From: Carcharhinus longimanus
Taxonomy: Eukaryota
Reading direction: 5' to 3'
Length of the DNA: 64,000 nucleotides
Assembly (NCBI GenBank): GCA_030264375.1
Contig: JASCQW010000132.1
Coordinates: forward strand, 99,236,962-99,300,961
Notes under the pieces: model-generated
The model's database searches: none
The model's input: the letters and a program-made list of their open reading frames with translations, nothing else
Told to the model about the DNA's origin: nothing
Shown here: piece after piece, positions 48,385 to 60,219 of the stretch
How positions within the stretch are numbered: the first letter of the stretch is position 1
Layout of the letters: each line of letters starts with the position of its first letter
Translations under genes and position numbers: made by a program

Positions 48385-49315
48385 GATTCAGCTGTGTCAG
48401 TTGGGTGTCAGTTGATTAGATGCTTGCCTCTGAGATGCACAGTTCTGGGTCCCCTCCATAGATTGACCACAAAAATCAGTCTGACACTCCAGTGCAATAC
48501 TGAGGAAGCACTGCACTAACCAAGGTCAGATGTTAAACCCAGGGCCCCATCTGCCTGCTCAGTGAAGATAAAAGATCTCATGGCACAATTTGAAGGAACA
48601 GCAGGGGAGTTGGCCCCAGTGTTCTCGCTAAGATCTATCCCTCAATCAATACCATGAAAACCAGTTTGTCTGGTCATTATCACATTGCTGTCTGTGGGAG
48701 TTGGCTGAGTGCAAATTCACTGCTGCATTCCCTATATTACAAAGGTGACTCCATTCCACGTATGTTCTGCGTGATGTGGAGATGCCAACGTTGGACTGGG
48801 GTAAACACAGTAATCTGGTGTTGTGAGACGTCTTAAAGTCCAACAGGTTTATTTGGTAGAAAAAGCCACTAGCTTTCGGAGCACTGCCCCTTCTTGAGGG
48901 TCACCTGAAGAAGGGGCAGCGCTCTTATAGCTAACGGCTTCTGCTACCAAATAAACCTGTTAGATTTTAACTTGGTGTTGTGAGACTTCTTATTCTGCCT
49001 GAAGGCAGGTCCTTGGCATGTTATCTGCTGATTCTTCATTCGAAGCTATTTCCCTTAGCAATTTTTGTTATTGGTTGTTTGACGTTGCCTTCTTCTCTCC
49101 GAGTAGGATAAGGAGGCAGTTCCCAAATCTACCTCAGCCAGAATAGGAATCAAACCTGCATTATTGGCATTATTTTGAGCTGTATGCTAAATAGCTACCA
49201 ACTGAGCTAACAGCAAATGACTGGACTTCAAAAACTACTTATTTGGCTGTAAAATGCTTGAACACGTCCCATGGTTATGAGAAATACTATATTAATGCAA
49301 GTTCTTCTTTCTTTC
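48385..49315 (+). mobile_element. DeuSINE (SacSINE1/AmnSINE1-like) interrupted at ~48755-49222 by nested insertions
   Basis: Deu-domain-like GATGTTAAACCCAGGGCCCCATCTGCC...AAAAGATCTCATGGCACAATTTGAAG..AGCAGGGGAGTT...TATCCCTCAA...CTGGTCATTATCACATTGCTGTCTGTGGGA. The tail resumes at ACTTCAAAAACTACTTATTTGGCTGTAAAATGCTT...AATGCAAGTTCTT. Confidence 0.75.
48772..48996. mobile_element. Head-to-head inverted Penelope-like termini (family A)
   Basis: Arms AAAGTCCAACAGGTTTATTTGGTAG...GCCCCTTCTT and AAGAAGGGGC...CTACCAAATAAACCTGTTAGATTTT are inverted about 48900. Confidence 0.8.
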
Positions 49316-51689
49316 TATTCTTGTTATGCTATGCAGCCATTACATTTTTTTTGTAGCAGTGATACATTGCATCATGGAGCACTAGCATTCATGGTAGTGA
49401 CTGGATGTGAGATCAATTTCTCCTGCATGTGACTGATTTCTCACTCAGTCATGCAACCTATCAGGGAATGCTAAGAGGAAGCCAAGTGCCATTTCACAGA
49501 GAGGGAGAAATTAGTGGACGAGATATCCACAGGCTGCTCTCACATTACTTCCGGTGATTAGCTCAGAGCCTCATCAGCAGACCCCTGGAAGCAGGTCAAT
49601 TATCAACCTGGGAAAAAATATTGGGATTTAATACCCTCACACACACAAAAAACAAACACCTTAAGCAGGATAAGTAAATAAAGTATCCTCTTCTCTCACA
49701 AAGCAAACACATAATGGCTTTTTAAATTAGTATGCAACTGTGGGCTTAGCAGGCTGAGGCAACAGCAAGAAGACATTCAGCGACTACGGAGAACATCAAA
49801 AGGATAAAGTCAAAAAAATTTACAAGTATTTAGCCAAGTGGCGCAATCCTGATCTGTAACATACTGACAGATTTGAGCACCTTACAGTGGGTGAGGTGAG
49901 ATGTTTGCGTGGGGGTTGGTGGCGGGGGGGGGCAGGGAAGGGGGGAGACAAGGGGTGGCATATAAGCTGCAGTTAAACACTAACTTTTATTTTGGAGATA
50001 GCACATACATGGCAAGCTCCTTTTTTTGGGAGGGGAAATTTCACAATAATGTTTCCATTTCAATGCCAGAACTAGTCTTGTCTTAATTTTCATCCTGTGA
50101 TGTCCTGCATATATTGTTTTTGGTCCAATTCCTGTCACTACCCCCTGCTGGGATAATCAAAATGTTATACACATCAAAATTCAGCTAAGTATTCACGCTG
50201 TATATTAATAACACAAACAGACAGTTAGGGATAGTTAACCAAATTACAATAACATCTCATTGGTTCTGATGTGGAAGCAACTCATGCATGTATCAATCCC
50301 CAAACAACTCAGGTTCACAGCTACCTTTTTCAATAGATTGCAATGATCACCAAAGTCCAACACGCACATATTAAAAAAAACTTTCTATTTATCCATCATG
50401 CTACACAGGAATCAATACAATATATAAATCAACATGACAGGCAGTTACAAATATGTTTTTTTAAACACAAAGTATGCACAAATCAAAATAATTACAAGTC
50501 CTTTTTGTGTGTAGAGAATACAGCTGAATTGGCTTACATTTTTTCAGGTCACAAGTTTGATTCAAAACCTCTGTGTATGAATCATTGAAATGAATTTAAA
50601 ATCAAGCCAATTTAGCTCAAATAGATCCAGATGACTTCAGATGCCCATGTAGCGGGTTATATAGAGAAAAAAAGACATACTGCATTTAAAACCTTTCGGC
50701 AGCCCTTCCTTTCCTTGTCTTGCTGTTTTCTGTTAAACAAGAGGTGTTATGACCCATAATTGGGGCCAGATTCGCAGCAGGTTTAGTGATGCTTTCTGCC
50801 AGGGTGTCCAGCTCGTCTCCATCTGCTGCTGTCTTGTGTGCTTCCCACTGGGGGATCTAGCTCATTCTGCAGTCAATTAGCAGAAGACCTGCCATTGTTC
50901 TGCAACTGCCCCCATGGGCTGCTTTCCAGTCTGTCTCACACTCTGGACACCACATTCAGACGATTAGAGATTTTAAAAAGAATATCATGTTTGATCCATT
51001 GTGACTTTGTGGACAAACCCTGTCCTCTCCAATTACAATAGCAGCAATTAAAAAAAAACTTTTTCTACACTCATATTGGAAAAGTTTTATTGGCCATTTC
51101 TCATTTTACATTTTAATTCCAGATCTAATTTCACACATTTTTTCTTAATTTCTTCCATTAGTAATATTTCCTCGATACATACAAAATAAGATTTCTCACA
51201 TTTTCAAATGATTTTCTCCTTTCTTTTAGGTCATCTGTACTATGCCTCATTGCCTGACTGAGAGGGCAATTTTACCATATACTCTTGGACCTTTGCTGAT
51301 GACACACTTTCTGCTGGGGTTCCACAAGTATGGCCCTATAATAATGCCTTTTGATTTTCTTTCTCCTCCTGTGGGGAAATATTTGGCCTCTGCTAGGACA
51401 AATCCTTATTTTCATCAGCTGAGATCAGCAAGTTGCTGTGAGGGGAATTGAAGGCATAAAAATTCAACCCTATCACTCTAAACATGGTAGTTGTTTGGGA
51501 CACCACATGTGATGCATGTCTGGGCTGTGTGCTCCAGTACATTTATATAACATACAAAGAATGTATTTCTATGCACATTAGTCATGGTTCACAGAGTCCA
51601 CAGTTAAAATTGATAATTCTAAAACACCAGCTCATCAGAAGAAGCAAATATCACTCCCGGAGTCATTAGCCTGCAAGATGGGCAGGAAA

Positions 51690-52695
51690 CTGAGTGGGGA
51701 TAAAGGCAACCTGTAACCAGTGGGTTCTACAGAGATCTGTGCTGGGACAGCAACAGTTTACTATAATAGAACATAGAACACTACAGCACAAACAGGCCCT
51801 TTGGCCCACACGTTGCGCCGATCACATCTATACCTACCAAGCCATAGAACTATCTGTAACTCCCAGTCCCATTCGATCCCATATACTCATCCAGAAGTCT
51901 TTTAAAAGACCCCAGCGAGTTCGCCTCTACCACCACCGACAGCAGCCGATTNNNNNNNNNNNNNNNNNNNNNNNNNNNNNNNNNNNNNNNNNNNNNNNNN
52001 NNNNNNNNNNNNNNNNNNNNNNNNNNNNNNNNNNNNNNNNNNNNNNNNNNNNNNNNNNNNNNNNNNNNNNNNNNNNNNNNNNNNNNNNNNNNNNNNNNNN
52101 NNNNNNNNNNNNNNNNNNNNNNNNNNNNNNNNNNNNNNNNNNNNNNNNNNNNNNNNGGTGAGATCAGATCTGGAGTGTTGTGAGCAGTTTTGGTCCCCTT
52201 ATTTAAGGAAAGATATTATTTCATTGGAGGCAGGTCAGAGAAGGCTCACCAGGATGATCTCCAGCAAGTGGGATTGTATTTATGAGGAAAGGTTAAACAG
52301 GTGGGACTGTACTCATTGGAATTTAGAAGAATGAGAGGTGATCTCTTTGGTACAGATAGGATTCTAAAGGGGTTTGACAGGGTAAATGCTGAGAGGATAT
52401 TTCATCTCATGGGAGAATCCAGGACCAGAGGGCATAGTCTCAGAATAAAGGGGCACCAGTTTAAGACTGAGATGAGGACAAATTTCTTCTTTTAGAGTGT
52501 TGAGTGTCTTTGGAACTCCTTGTGTATGTTTAAGGCTAATATAGATACATTTTTGATCAGTAAGGTAATCAAGGGTTACCGGCAAAGGGCATGAAGTGGA
52601 CATGAGGAACATCAGACCAGCCATGATTCTGTTGAATGGTGGAGCAGGCTCAAGGGCTGAATGGCCTATCCCCGTTTCTATTTTTACGGTCTAAT
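51690..52695 (+). mobile_element. CR1 LINE RT and 3' end, with an opposite-strand CR1 3' end nested at 51766-51951 and a gap
   Basis: Decayed VLQRSVLGQQQFTI (PQGSVLGP.LFTI-like) and GLYSLEFRRMRGDLFGTDRILKGFDRVNAERIF..GESRTRGHSLRIKGHQFKTEMRTNFF. The tail is GGGCTGAATGGCCTAT. The nested ATAGAACATAGAAC..ACAGCACAAACAGGCCCTTTGGCCC is the reversed tail. Confidence 0.85.
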
Positions 52696-53055
52696 TCTAT
52701 CATAATTACTTTATCCCACAGGAATTTTATCTTAATTTTGAAGGTAAATTCCAATCACTCCTTCATTTATCCAAAAGACTGTCAGATCAAACCTATTCCC
52801 ATGGTGCTTGTAAGTCAAGAGTCTTTTCTACTTCTGTCTGACTCCCACAACTCACCATTACAACGCATCATTTATAATTATCAATGGTTGTGACAAAGAT
52901 CATTTAATTATTTTTAATTAAGGGAAAATGAATATGAATTTGAGAAAGCCTATCAGGAAAAGTCAGGGGAATATGACTAATTGGTTAGCTGTTCCAAAGG
53001 TCCAATACAGGCATGATGGGAATGAAGGGCCCCCTCCTGAGCAGTATTATTCCTT

Positions 53056-53662
53056 GGGTGAAATTCCCCCATACTCGCACCAGCGATTCAATGTCAGGCC
53101 GGGGTGGGGGGGTACTTTTCACACCAGTATGAATTTCCTGCAGGATCTTCCTTTGGTGCCTGCCATAGTGGATCAGGAATCCTGCTGGAAGCTGGCAGGA
53201 AACTGATCTGCTTTACATTAACGGGATGGAGTTAAATGCTTGGCTGGAATATTCCCCCCACATTCAATTTTCCATGACGCCATTGGTAAACCATGTTGGT
53301 CCAGAACATGTCTGGAACAATGTGGCATACAGAAGTCTGGACTCACCTACACAATGCTGGAGGTTGCCACCAGAACTTGTGATGGGGACCACCTTCAACC
53401 TTGGGTTCTGGGACACCACAGCAATGGGGGGAACTTCTATCAGATGGACCTTCCAACTTCATTGCCATTGCTGAGGTCCATCTTCCAGTCTCAGAATATT
53501 CCTGGAGATTCCCCATCACGGAATATGACATTAAACCCCCAGGCAAATAATTAATAACTTTGGGGCTGGAAGATATGGGTTGGTTTCCCGCCTGCCTCCG
53601 CAGTAGGAGACATTCCCTGTCCCCACCCATGGAACTTAGTCCCAAATGGGAGAATTCCATCC
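53056..53662. mobile_element. ~600-bp Harbinger-type MITE
   Basis: TIRs GGGTGAAATTCCCCC and GGGAGAATTCCATCC (reverse complement GGATGGAATTCTCCC), with a GC-rich core. Confidence 0.6.
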
Positions 53663-54811
53663 AATGATTCCATCTGTGATGAATTTGTCCTCCAATGTTG
53701 CTTGAAATATTTTAGTTTGATTTTGGAAAATAGTTGCATTATTGTTTCAAGCATTAATAATGAATAAATTTATAGTCATGTATTAAAATATATTTTTTAT
53801 AAGCTTTAATATACCCCTTTCAGCATATTAACTTAATGGGCAAATGTTTATCAGTTAATGCAGCAAGATTTATCTTTACTAAATTATGGAAATCACGAGT
53901 ACTAACTATTATGTCTATGTGCAATGTTGGAATGCTGCTGTGAGCCTGTAATGTTGCTGATTCGTTCAATACCCAATCAGATTTCCATAAAAACAGGAAA
54001 CAGAGCATGGTTGGACTTTATGTCTAATTCAAACTTTTTATGGAAGAACATTTGTTCAGTTAAATCAAGAGCTAGTTGCACATCCAAATTCTCATATTTG
54101 ATTTACTCAACCACATGCTTAAAAAAACTGGTAATAGAATAATGATAACAAAGTCAAGTCATAACACAACTATCGAGTTGAAAGGAGGAATTATGAGAAA
54201 AGGAGGTAAGCATTGAGCACATAGGGAATGAACAAAGGCTTCAAGATAGAGAGGCAGTGCTGGGAGAGAACAAGAACTCATGATCATGCCACAGAGAGCC
54301 CAATCGAATAATAGAAACAGAAAGAGGCTATTGCCCAGTCAACTAATGATCTATAATTTAAGGATGCAAATTTAAGCTCATCTCTTAATTTGTGTTGTAT
54401 ATATATAGTGCTTACTTTCAAAACTTTTTAAGGTAGCAGTTATGTGAATGCTGTGGGAGTTTTGTGTTGTTGAAGGCATGCTGGAGTAATGCAATTAGTC
54501 TGTTTCAAGGTGTGTTGCCATGTTAACACAGGTACAATATGTTCTTTGTGACATGCTGCCCTGAAATAATATGTAGATCCCATGACCACATGTGCCAAGT
54601 TATTTAAATTTAGTCTGATAAGTGTAGTCTGTATAACAGATTAAATTTGTGCCAGAACATTCTGTGGCAGTACTAAAATCATAATACCAAAGGATTATTT
54701 TTCGAAGAACAGAATCACAGAAATCTACAGTGCAGACGGATGGTGATGGTGGTCTTTGATGAAAATAAGAAATGAGCAACAGCAAAATGGCAGCCCACTT
54801 AAACCATGTTA

Positions 54812-55104
54812 GGGTGGCATGATGGCATAGTGGTAAGTACTGCTGCCTCACAATGCCAGAGACCCAGGTTTGATTCCCAGCTTGGGTCACTGCCTGTGCA
54901 AGTCTCATCTTCTTCCTATGTGGGTTTCCTCTGGGTGCTCCAAAGATATTCAGCTTAGGTTGATTGGCCATGCTAAATTACTACTTAGTGTTAGGAGGAC
55001 AAGCAAGGTAAATACATGGGGTAAAGGGGAAAAGGCCTGGGTGGGTTGTTATTGGTACAGGCTCAATAGGCTGAGTGGCCTCCTTCTGCACCGTAGGGAT
55101 TCTA
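54812..55104 (+). mobile_element. HE1/V-SINE-type SINE
   Basis: GGGTGGCATGATGGCATAGTGG (A box), CAGGTTTGATTCCC (B box), TGGGTTTCCTCTGGGTGCTCC..GATTGGCCATGCTAAATT and tail GGCCTCCTTCTGCAC. Confidence 0.85.
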
Positions 55105-56924
55105 TTACACCCATTATTCTCTCCTCTTGAATCTGGTAAAAATTCATATTTCCACCATTGACCATTTTCATCCCTATGATTCATAATGTAACGTTGCACC
55201 TCTGTGCATTAAGTCATTACTTCTTTGGAATTGACAGCAACTTCTGCAGTCTGCCCAAGCTCAATTAAACTTGAAAATACAGAGAAGTTGCTGTCAGGGA
55301 TTCAATTCTTCTTTAGCGGGTGCATTGTTGAAAGACTTGAATGCAATCAATTGGAAATTTCGTGATATATTCCACTCTAACCTCACTGTGAAACCCTTGA
55401 AAAAGTAATACCTTGTCGAAAAAGATGCGTTTTTTTAAGGCATACTAAATTCAAAATTACTGCTTAACATTCACATTGGCCTTGAAAGAGTAATTTTATA
55501 TTTGTTCAATATCAAATGTGTCCTTTATAATAAAATTGACATATTTTAAAATAATAATTTTAAAATTTATGATAATTGACTTTATATTTTAATCCTATGT
55601 TACCATCATTTATTTTGTTATCTGTAAAAAATGTAAAATCAAGGGATTTTCTGCTGGTTTCCTCCTTGTGAGAATACTTCAATGTGATTTGCTGCTTATC
55701 CCACTTAATGGTATTAGTATTGTTGAACGCACGGATATCCCCTTGACTTGGTGCCAGAAGCAAACTTATATGGGAAAGAGGAAATCCACACGACAAGCAC
55801 CGCTAGGACGGCAAATGTCATTGCTTGACCTCAAAATTCAGCCCCATGTTAACCATCAAATAGGTGTTACCTAGTTGTAAGGTTCAATTGCTAGAAATGT
55901 GGACTGAGTGGTTAGGGTTTTTTTGTTTGCCTCATGTCAATGTTAACCAGTCATTTACTGCTATCATAGTTGTGAAACTAATAAAGGCATCTGACCTACT
56001 TAGTATTCAATAATAATTCAAGCAAAGTTTCACTAAATAGAGATAAATGTTTAATTTACTGTTTTGTTTTTACGAAAAAAATTAGTACATTGGTTTTGGA
56101 GTGGGAAGTCTACTGACATTTCTTTTTTTAAAATCCTATGGGTTTTGGGCATGCTATATTCCCTCAGCTGTCACTAGCTTAGGAAAGAGATGATCTTACA
56201 AGTCATTTCAATTGTTTAGAATTATACTTGTATCACTAGCACTGGGTATGGAGCTGTGTATACCCCTAGGCCCAGCCACTTGTCTTTCAAGAAAATCAGA
56301 ATGTTAGCATTTGGCAACGCTAGTTTTGACAGAAACTGAACTCCTTTCCATATTTATGCAAAATCTGGCCACCAGGGACTTGACATTGAGCAGTTAATCA
56401 TCATCTTTTCCCTGTATAATAGCCATGTCCTTTGCACACCTTAATGGCTATGTTTGTGGAAAAAAGTGAAATGTGGTGAATCTGCACTAATTCATTCAAG
56501 GTTTTTGTTTTTCTGTTGCCACATTTATCTTTTAAAGTAGATGGTTACAGTTAAATTACTTAGTCTATCACAGTTTTGATAAATGTGAAAGAGTTGACTG
56601 TCCAAGGAGCTCAGATGTGACTTGAAAATTAAATGTACCCAAACTGAAATAATAATTTTCTTTAAGGAAGAAGTAAAAAGGAAATTGAAATGCTATATAT
56701 AAATATATTCAATACTATATATAAATAACTTTAGGTCAAGTGTAATTTTCAGATTAGAATCAAAACAGACATGAATAAACATTGAGAATGAAAAGGAACA
56801 TTGTTAAACTGTCCATGTAAGGAATTTGGAAGTGTTCTTTTGGCTGATAGGGACTTTAATAACTAATTTGTCACTTCTGTTCTTCATTACTCATTAAGCA
56901 AACTGATAGTGCATTCAGTTTATA

Positions 56925-57085
56925 GGTAAATGGTGAAGTCACCATAGTCCCAAATGACCATAACTGTTCCTCCCTTTGAGGGGGAGAGTTAACTAGTGGT
57001 GATTTAACCTGAGGATCACCACACCTCAGTTGAGGGGCAAGGTTGAGAAGGTGGGCCTTCATGAATTATCTCAGCTGAAGGGATT
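56925..57085 (-). mobile_element. Probable SINE fragment
   Basis: GGTGAAGTCACCATAGTCCC...GATTTAACCTGAGGATCACCACACCTCAG...GTTGAGAAGG recognised as a shark interspersed-repeat pattern; family not certain. Confidence 0.4.
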
Positions 57086-57244
57086 TAAAACCAGGGAAGG
57101 CAGTTCCTTGAAGGTTGCCAGGAGTTGTGAGGGAGGCTGAGGACACCTTGTGACTTAAGACCAATAACTTTATTGCTGTCCAGCAATGTCATCAGTGCCT
57201 GGAGGTCTCAAAAGGCGGGAGGGCAACTAAGGTGGGCTATGTGA

Positions 57245-57400
57245 GCCCATTTCACAGCTAAGTGTCTGTCTGTCCTGGTGCAGGAGGTCAATGCCAGACA
57301 CAACATTCTGATGCCTTGGGACACCAAGAGAAGGCTGTCCCATTTGATTAAGATGGATTGGATCAAGGTGGTGCCCGGGTGAGGGGGCATGAAGTAATAC
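57245..57400 (+). mobile_element. Harbinger Myb/SANT-like remnant (N-terminal half)
   Basis: FTAKCLSVLVQEVNARHNILMPWDTKRRLSHLIKMDWIKVV fits F....L..L..EV..R..IL........W..VA. Confidence 0.5.
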
Positions 57401-58364
57401 ACTGCACCTGGCTCCAGCTGCTGGAAAATCATTTGGGAAGACTGAATTGAAGGCAAGAAGTACAGCATAGAAGGTAGAGGACGGCCATATTTAGTGGATT
57501 CCAGAAGGGCACTTATATTTCCATGGGAATGAGGAGCAGAAAAAGCTCCCACCCCAGCCTCAGAAGGAAGTAGAAGGGCAGTGCCCAAAGTTTGGCCCCA
57601 AGCACATGGCAGCAGAGCCAGAAAATAAATCTTTTTGGAAGCTGCAGTCTTTTATTCAAAAAAAAATTTGTATGCTAACTACTTAGAAAAGGTTAAATAA
57701 GACCAAGACACAGCTGAAGCTACTCTGAAATGCTTCACACTCATATCCATTCAGTGACTGACAGCACTGTGACAAGGGTGAATAGCTCTGACAGCAGATC
57801 ACTGGCCTGAAACATAGGGCTGAATTTTGCGACTAGCATTCCAATCCCAAAGTTGGTGTGAATCCTGGCTCAGCAACACAGAAGAGGAATAGCACAATGT
57901 TAGATGTGATCTTTGTGGGGATGAGCGATTAAGAAGCAACCATCAAAATCCCATGCAATTCAGAATGGCAACTAAGTTCCAGGATGGGAAATTCTGTTGA
58001 CCCCGTGGAGGTGCGCACATTTCTCTTTAATAACGTGAATGCTGCCTGGCCACCAGCAGGAGCAGCAATGGTGCCATGGTGTTTTCTTCAGGTGGAAGGT
58101 AACACTATAGAAGCAAGGCAAGCAGTAATGGAGACATCAGTCTCCATAAAGTGCATGGTCATGCATGTTGTCTGGTGATAGCAATTATTCTGGTTAAACT
58201 GGCTTTCGACCATTTACAGCCAGGTCGTTGTTGAATCCTCTATGCCTATGGGAAAAGAGCACAGCATCAGGAATGTGTAAGAGAGCCGAGCTGATGGGTA
58301 GCTTTCTATATTTCCTGTGACAAACCTCCAAAGCCACCTCCATGGACCTGGGAAAATTCCAGCC

Positions 58365-58460
58365 ATTAACTTCATTTCCCTCTCCATTGATGTAGCCAGA
58401 TTTGCTGAGTATTTCCAGCACCTTTTGTTTTTCAGATCCAGCAGTGACAGTACTTTGATC
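58365..58460 (+). mobile_element. Family-B Penelope-like terminus tail
   Basis: TTAACTTCATTTCCCTCTCCATTGATGTAGCCAGATTTGCTGAGTATTTCCAGCACCTTTTGTTTTTCAGATCCAGCA. Confidence 0.55.
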
Positions 58461-59061
58461 TTGAATGGTTGTTGTTTGTGTAATTGGAAGTGTTATTGGA
58501 TCAAAATGTTTTGTGAAGGATTTTTGTAGATAATTTTTATTGATAAATGTTGACCAAGGTTCTTTGTGGTAAGGAGTCTGAAATGGATATGACTGGGCGA
58601 ATGAGGGGTCCATTTTAGATGAGGAATTTAGTTTCATTTGAAGCGGAGCTTCACAAACTGCTCCCTTTCTCGACATCCAGCTGCACAGGGTTCCTGTTGC
58701 CTCCTCTTAGCCTCCACCACTTCCTCTTATTTCTGTTATTTCTCTTTGTCACTATCCTGAGGTGGCCTACTGATCCCTGTGCTAATTCCTGATCTGTCAG
58801 AATGAGTGGAATCTCTGGAGTATCCAATAAAGATCTCCCCTCGTCATAGGAGGTGGGGGGAAGGGGGGGGTGTGTGGGCTGCAGAGGGACATGGATGCAC
58901 TCAATGACACACTGCAGCATTGGGAATCCCACTATCCTGGCAAAGTCAATTTCCCTTTTATCCTGTTACTTCCTTGAGAGTGAGAAGAGAATTAATTCCC
59001 ATTGTTTGATGTGTATAGTTTCCACTGCTCCCAGATGTTTTAATGAACTCCGCACGATGAA

Positions 59062-59380
59062 GACAGCATGATGGGACAGTAGTTAGAACAGCTGTCTCAC
59101 AGCGCAAGTGACAAAGGTTTGATTCCCGGCATGGGTCACTGTCTGAGGAGTTTGCACATTCTCCCCATGAGTGTGTGGGTTTCCTCCGGGTGCTCTGATT
59201 TCCTCCCACAGTCCAGGGATGTGCAGGTTAGGTGGATTGGTCATGCTAAATTGGCCCTAGTGTCAGGGGGACTAACTAGTGTAAATGCATGGAATTATGG
59301 GAATATGGCCTAGATGGGAATGTGGTCAGTGCAGACACGATGGGCTGAATGGTCTCCTTCTGCACTATAGGATTCTATTT
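59062..59380 (+). mobile_element. HE1/V-SINE-type SINE, near full length
   Basis: tRNA head with GGTTTGATTCCCGGC; GGAGTTTGCACATTCTCCCCATG..TGGGTTTCCTCCGGGTGCTCTGATTTCCTCCCACAGTCCA; tail GATGGGCTGAATGGTCTCCTTCTGCAC. Confidence 0.9.
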
Positions 59381-60219
59381 ATTCATGGCGTTTCTCTCTG
59401 CTGTCTGGAAGGATCCAAAAGCATAAAAATTGAGGGCGACTGACCTTCATAGCCAGAGAAGACTGTTCTTGTCCTGCTGTGAGACTCTAGTTAATGTGGC
59501 ACAGCTTCATGGTCACCTTCTTGGTAAATCTGTTCCACCTTAGTCATTCATGGCTCTTGGCTTGTCCAAGTTGAGGAGCTTTGTTGTTGGACTAGTTCTG
59601 GTGGGTGGGGCCTTCAAAGAAGAGTCCTCCTTCTCCTCCCTCCCAGCAAAGGTTTCCTTCTCTGCCGCCTTCATTGCATAGTATATTTAATGTAATAAAA
59701 TATCTCAAGGTGTTTCTCATGTGCATTATTAAATAAAATATGACCAAGAAATACTCTAACAATTAGTTCCATACGTAGCTCCAGTACTCCTCTTTCCTCC
59801 CTGATTATTTCCAGAAACTTCCATAAACAGCTCCAGATACCTACCACAGTGCTTCCATTAACTCTGAAAAATTAGATCATAACACCTCAACTGCAACTTG
59901 TTTACTAGCTATTCCAGGGCACACCATGCCTTACTGCATTTGTTTTCAAAACATGATGTGGGAATTTGACGTCAGGGCTAAGTTTTTCTCAAATATGGAA
60001 TCCTTCAGCTCATTAAGACTGTGTGACATCAGGATGATGCCAAATCAAAGCCTCCTGGCATACATAGGGAACACAGCCACAAATGTGGTGGAATAGGCCA
60101 TGCTAAAGTAGCACTATATAAATATAGTCGTTATAGCCATTAAATGTTATTAAGTAGGTCATGCAACACATCTAAAGGAGAAACATTTTCCATTGTATTT
60201 TTGCTCTTCTCCTGTAGAA

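Noticed and set aside
50841-50858. CTCF-like word CCCACTGGGGGAT
   Set aside because: Only a partial match to the CTCF consensus; not supportable without a PWM scan or ChIP data.
54812-54890. tRNA-like sequence (also at 59062 and on the minus strand near 16942 and 18010)
   Set aside because: These are SINE heads with A/B boxes; there is no full cloverleaf.
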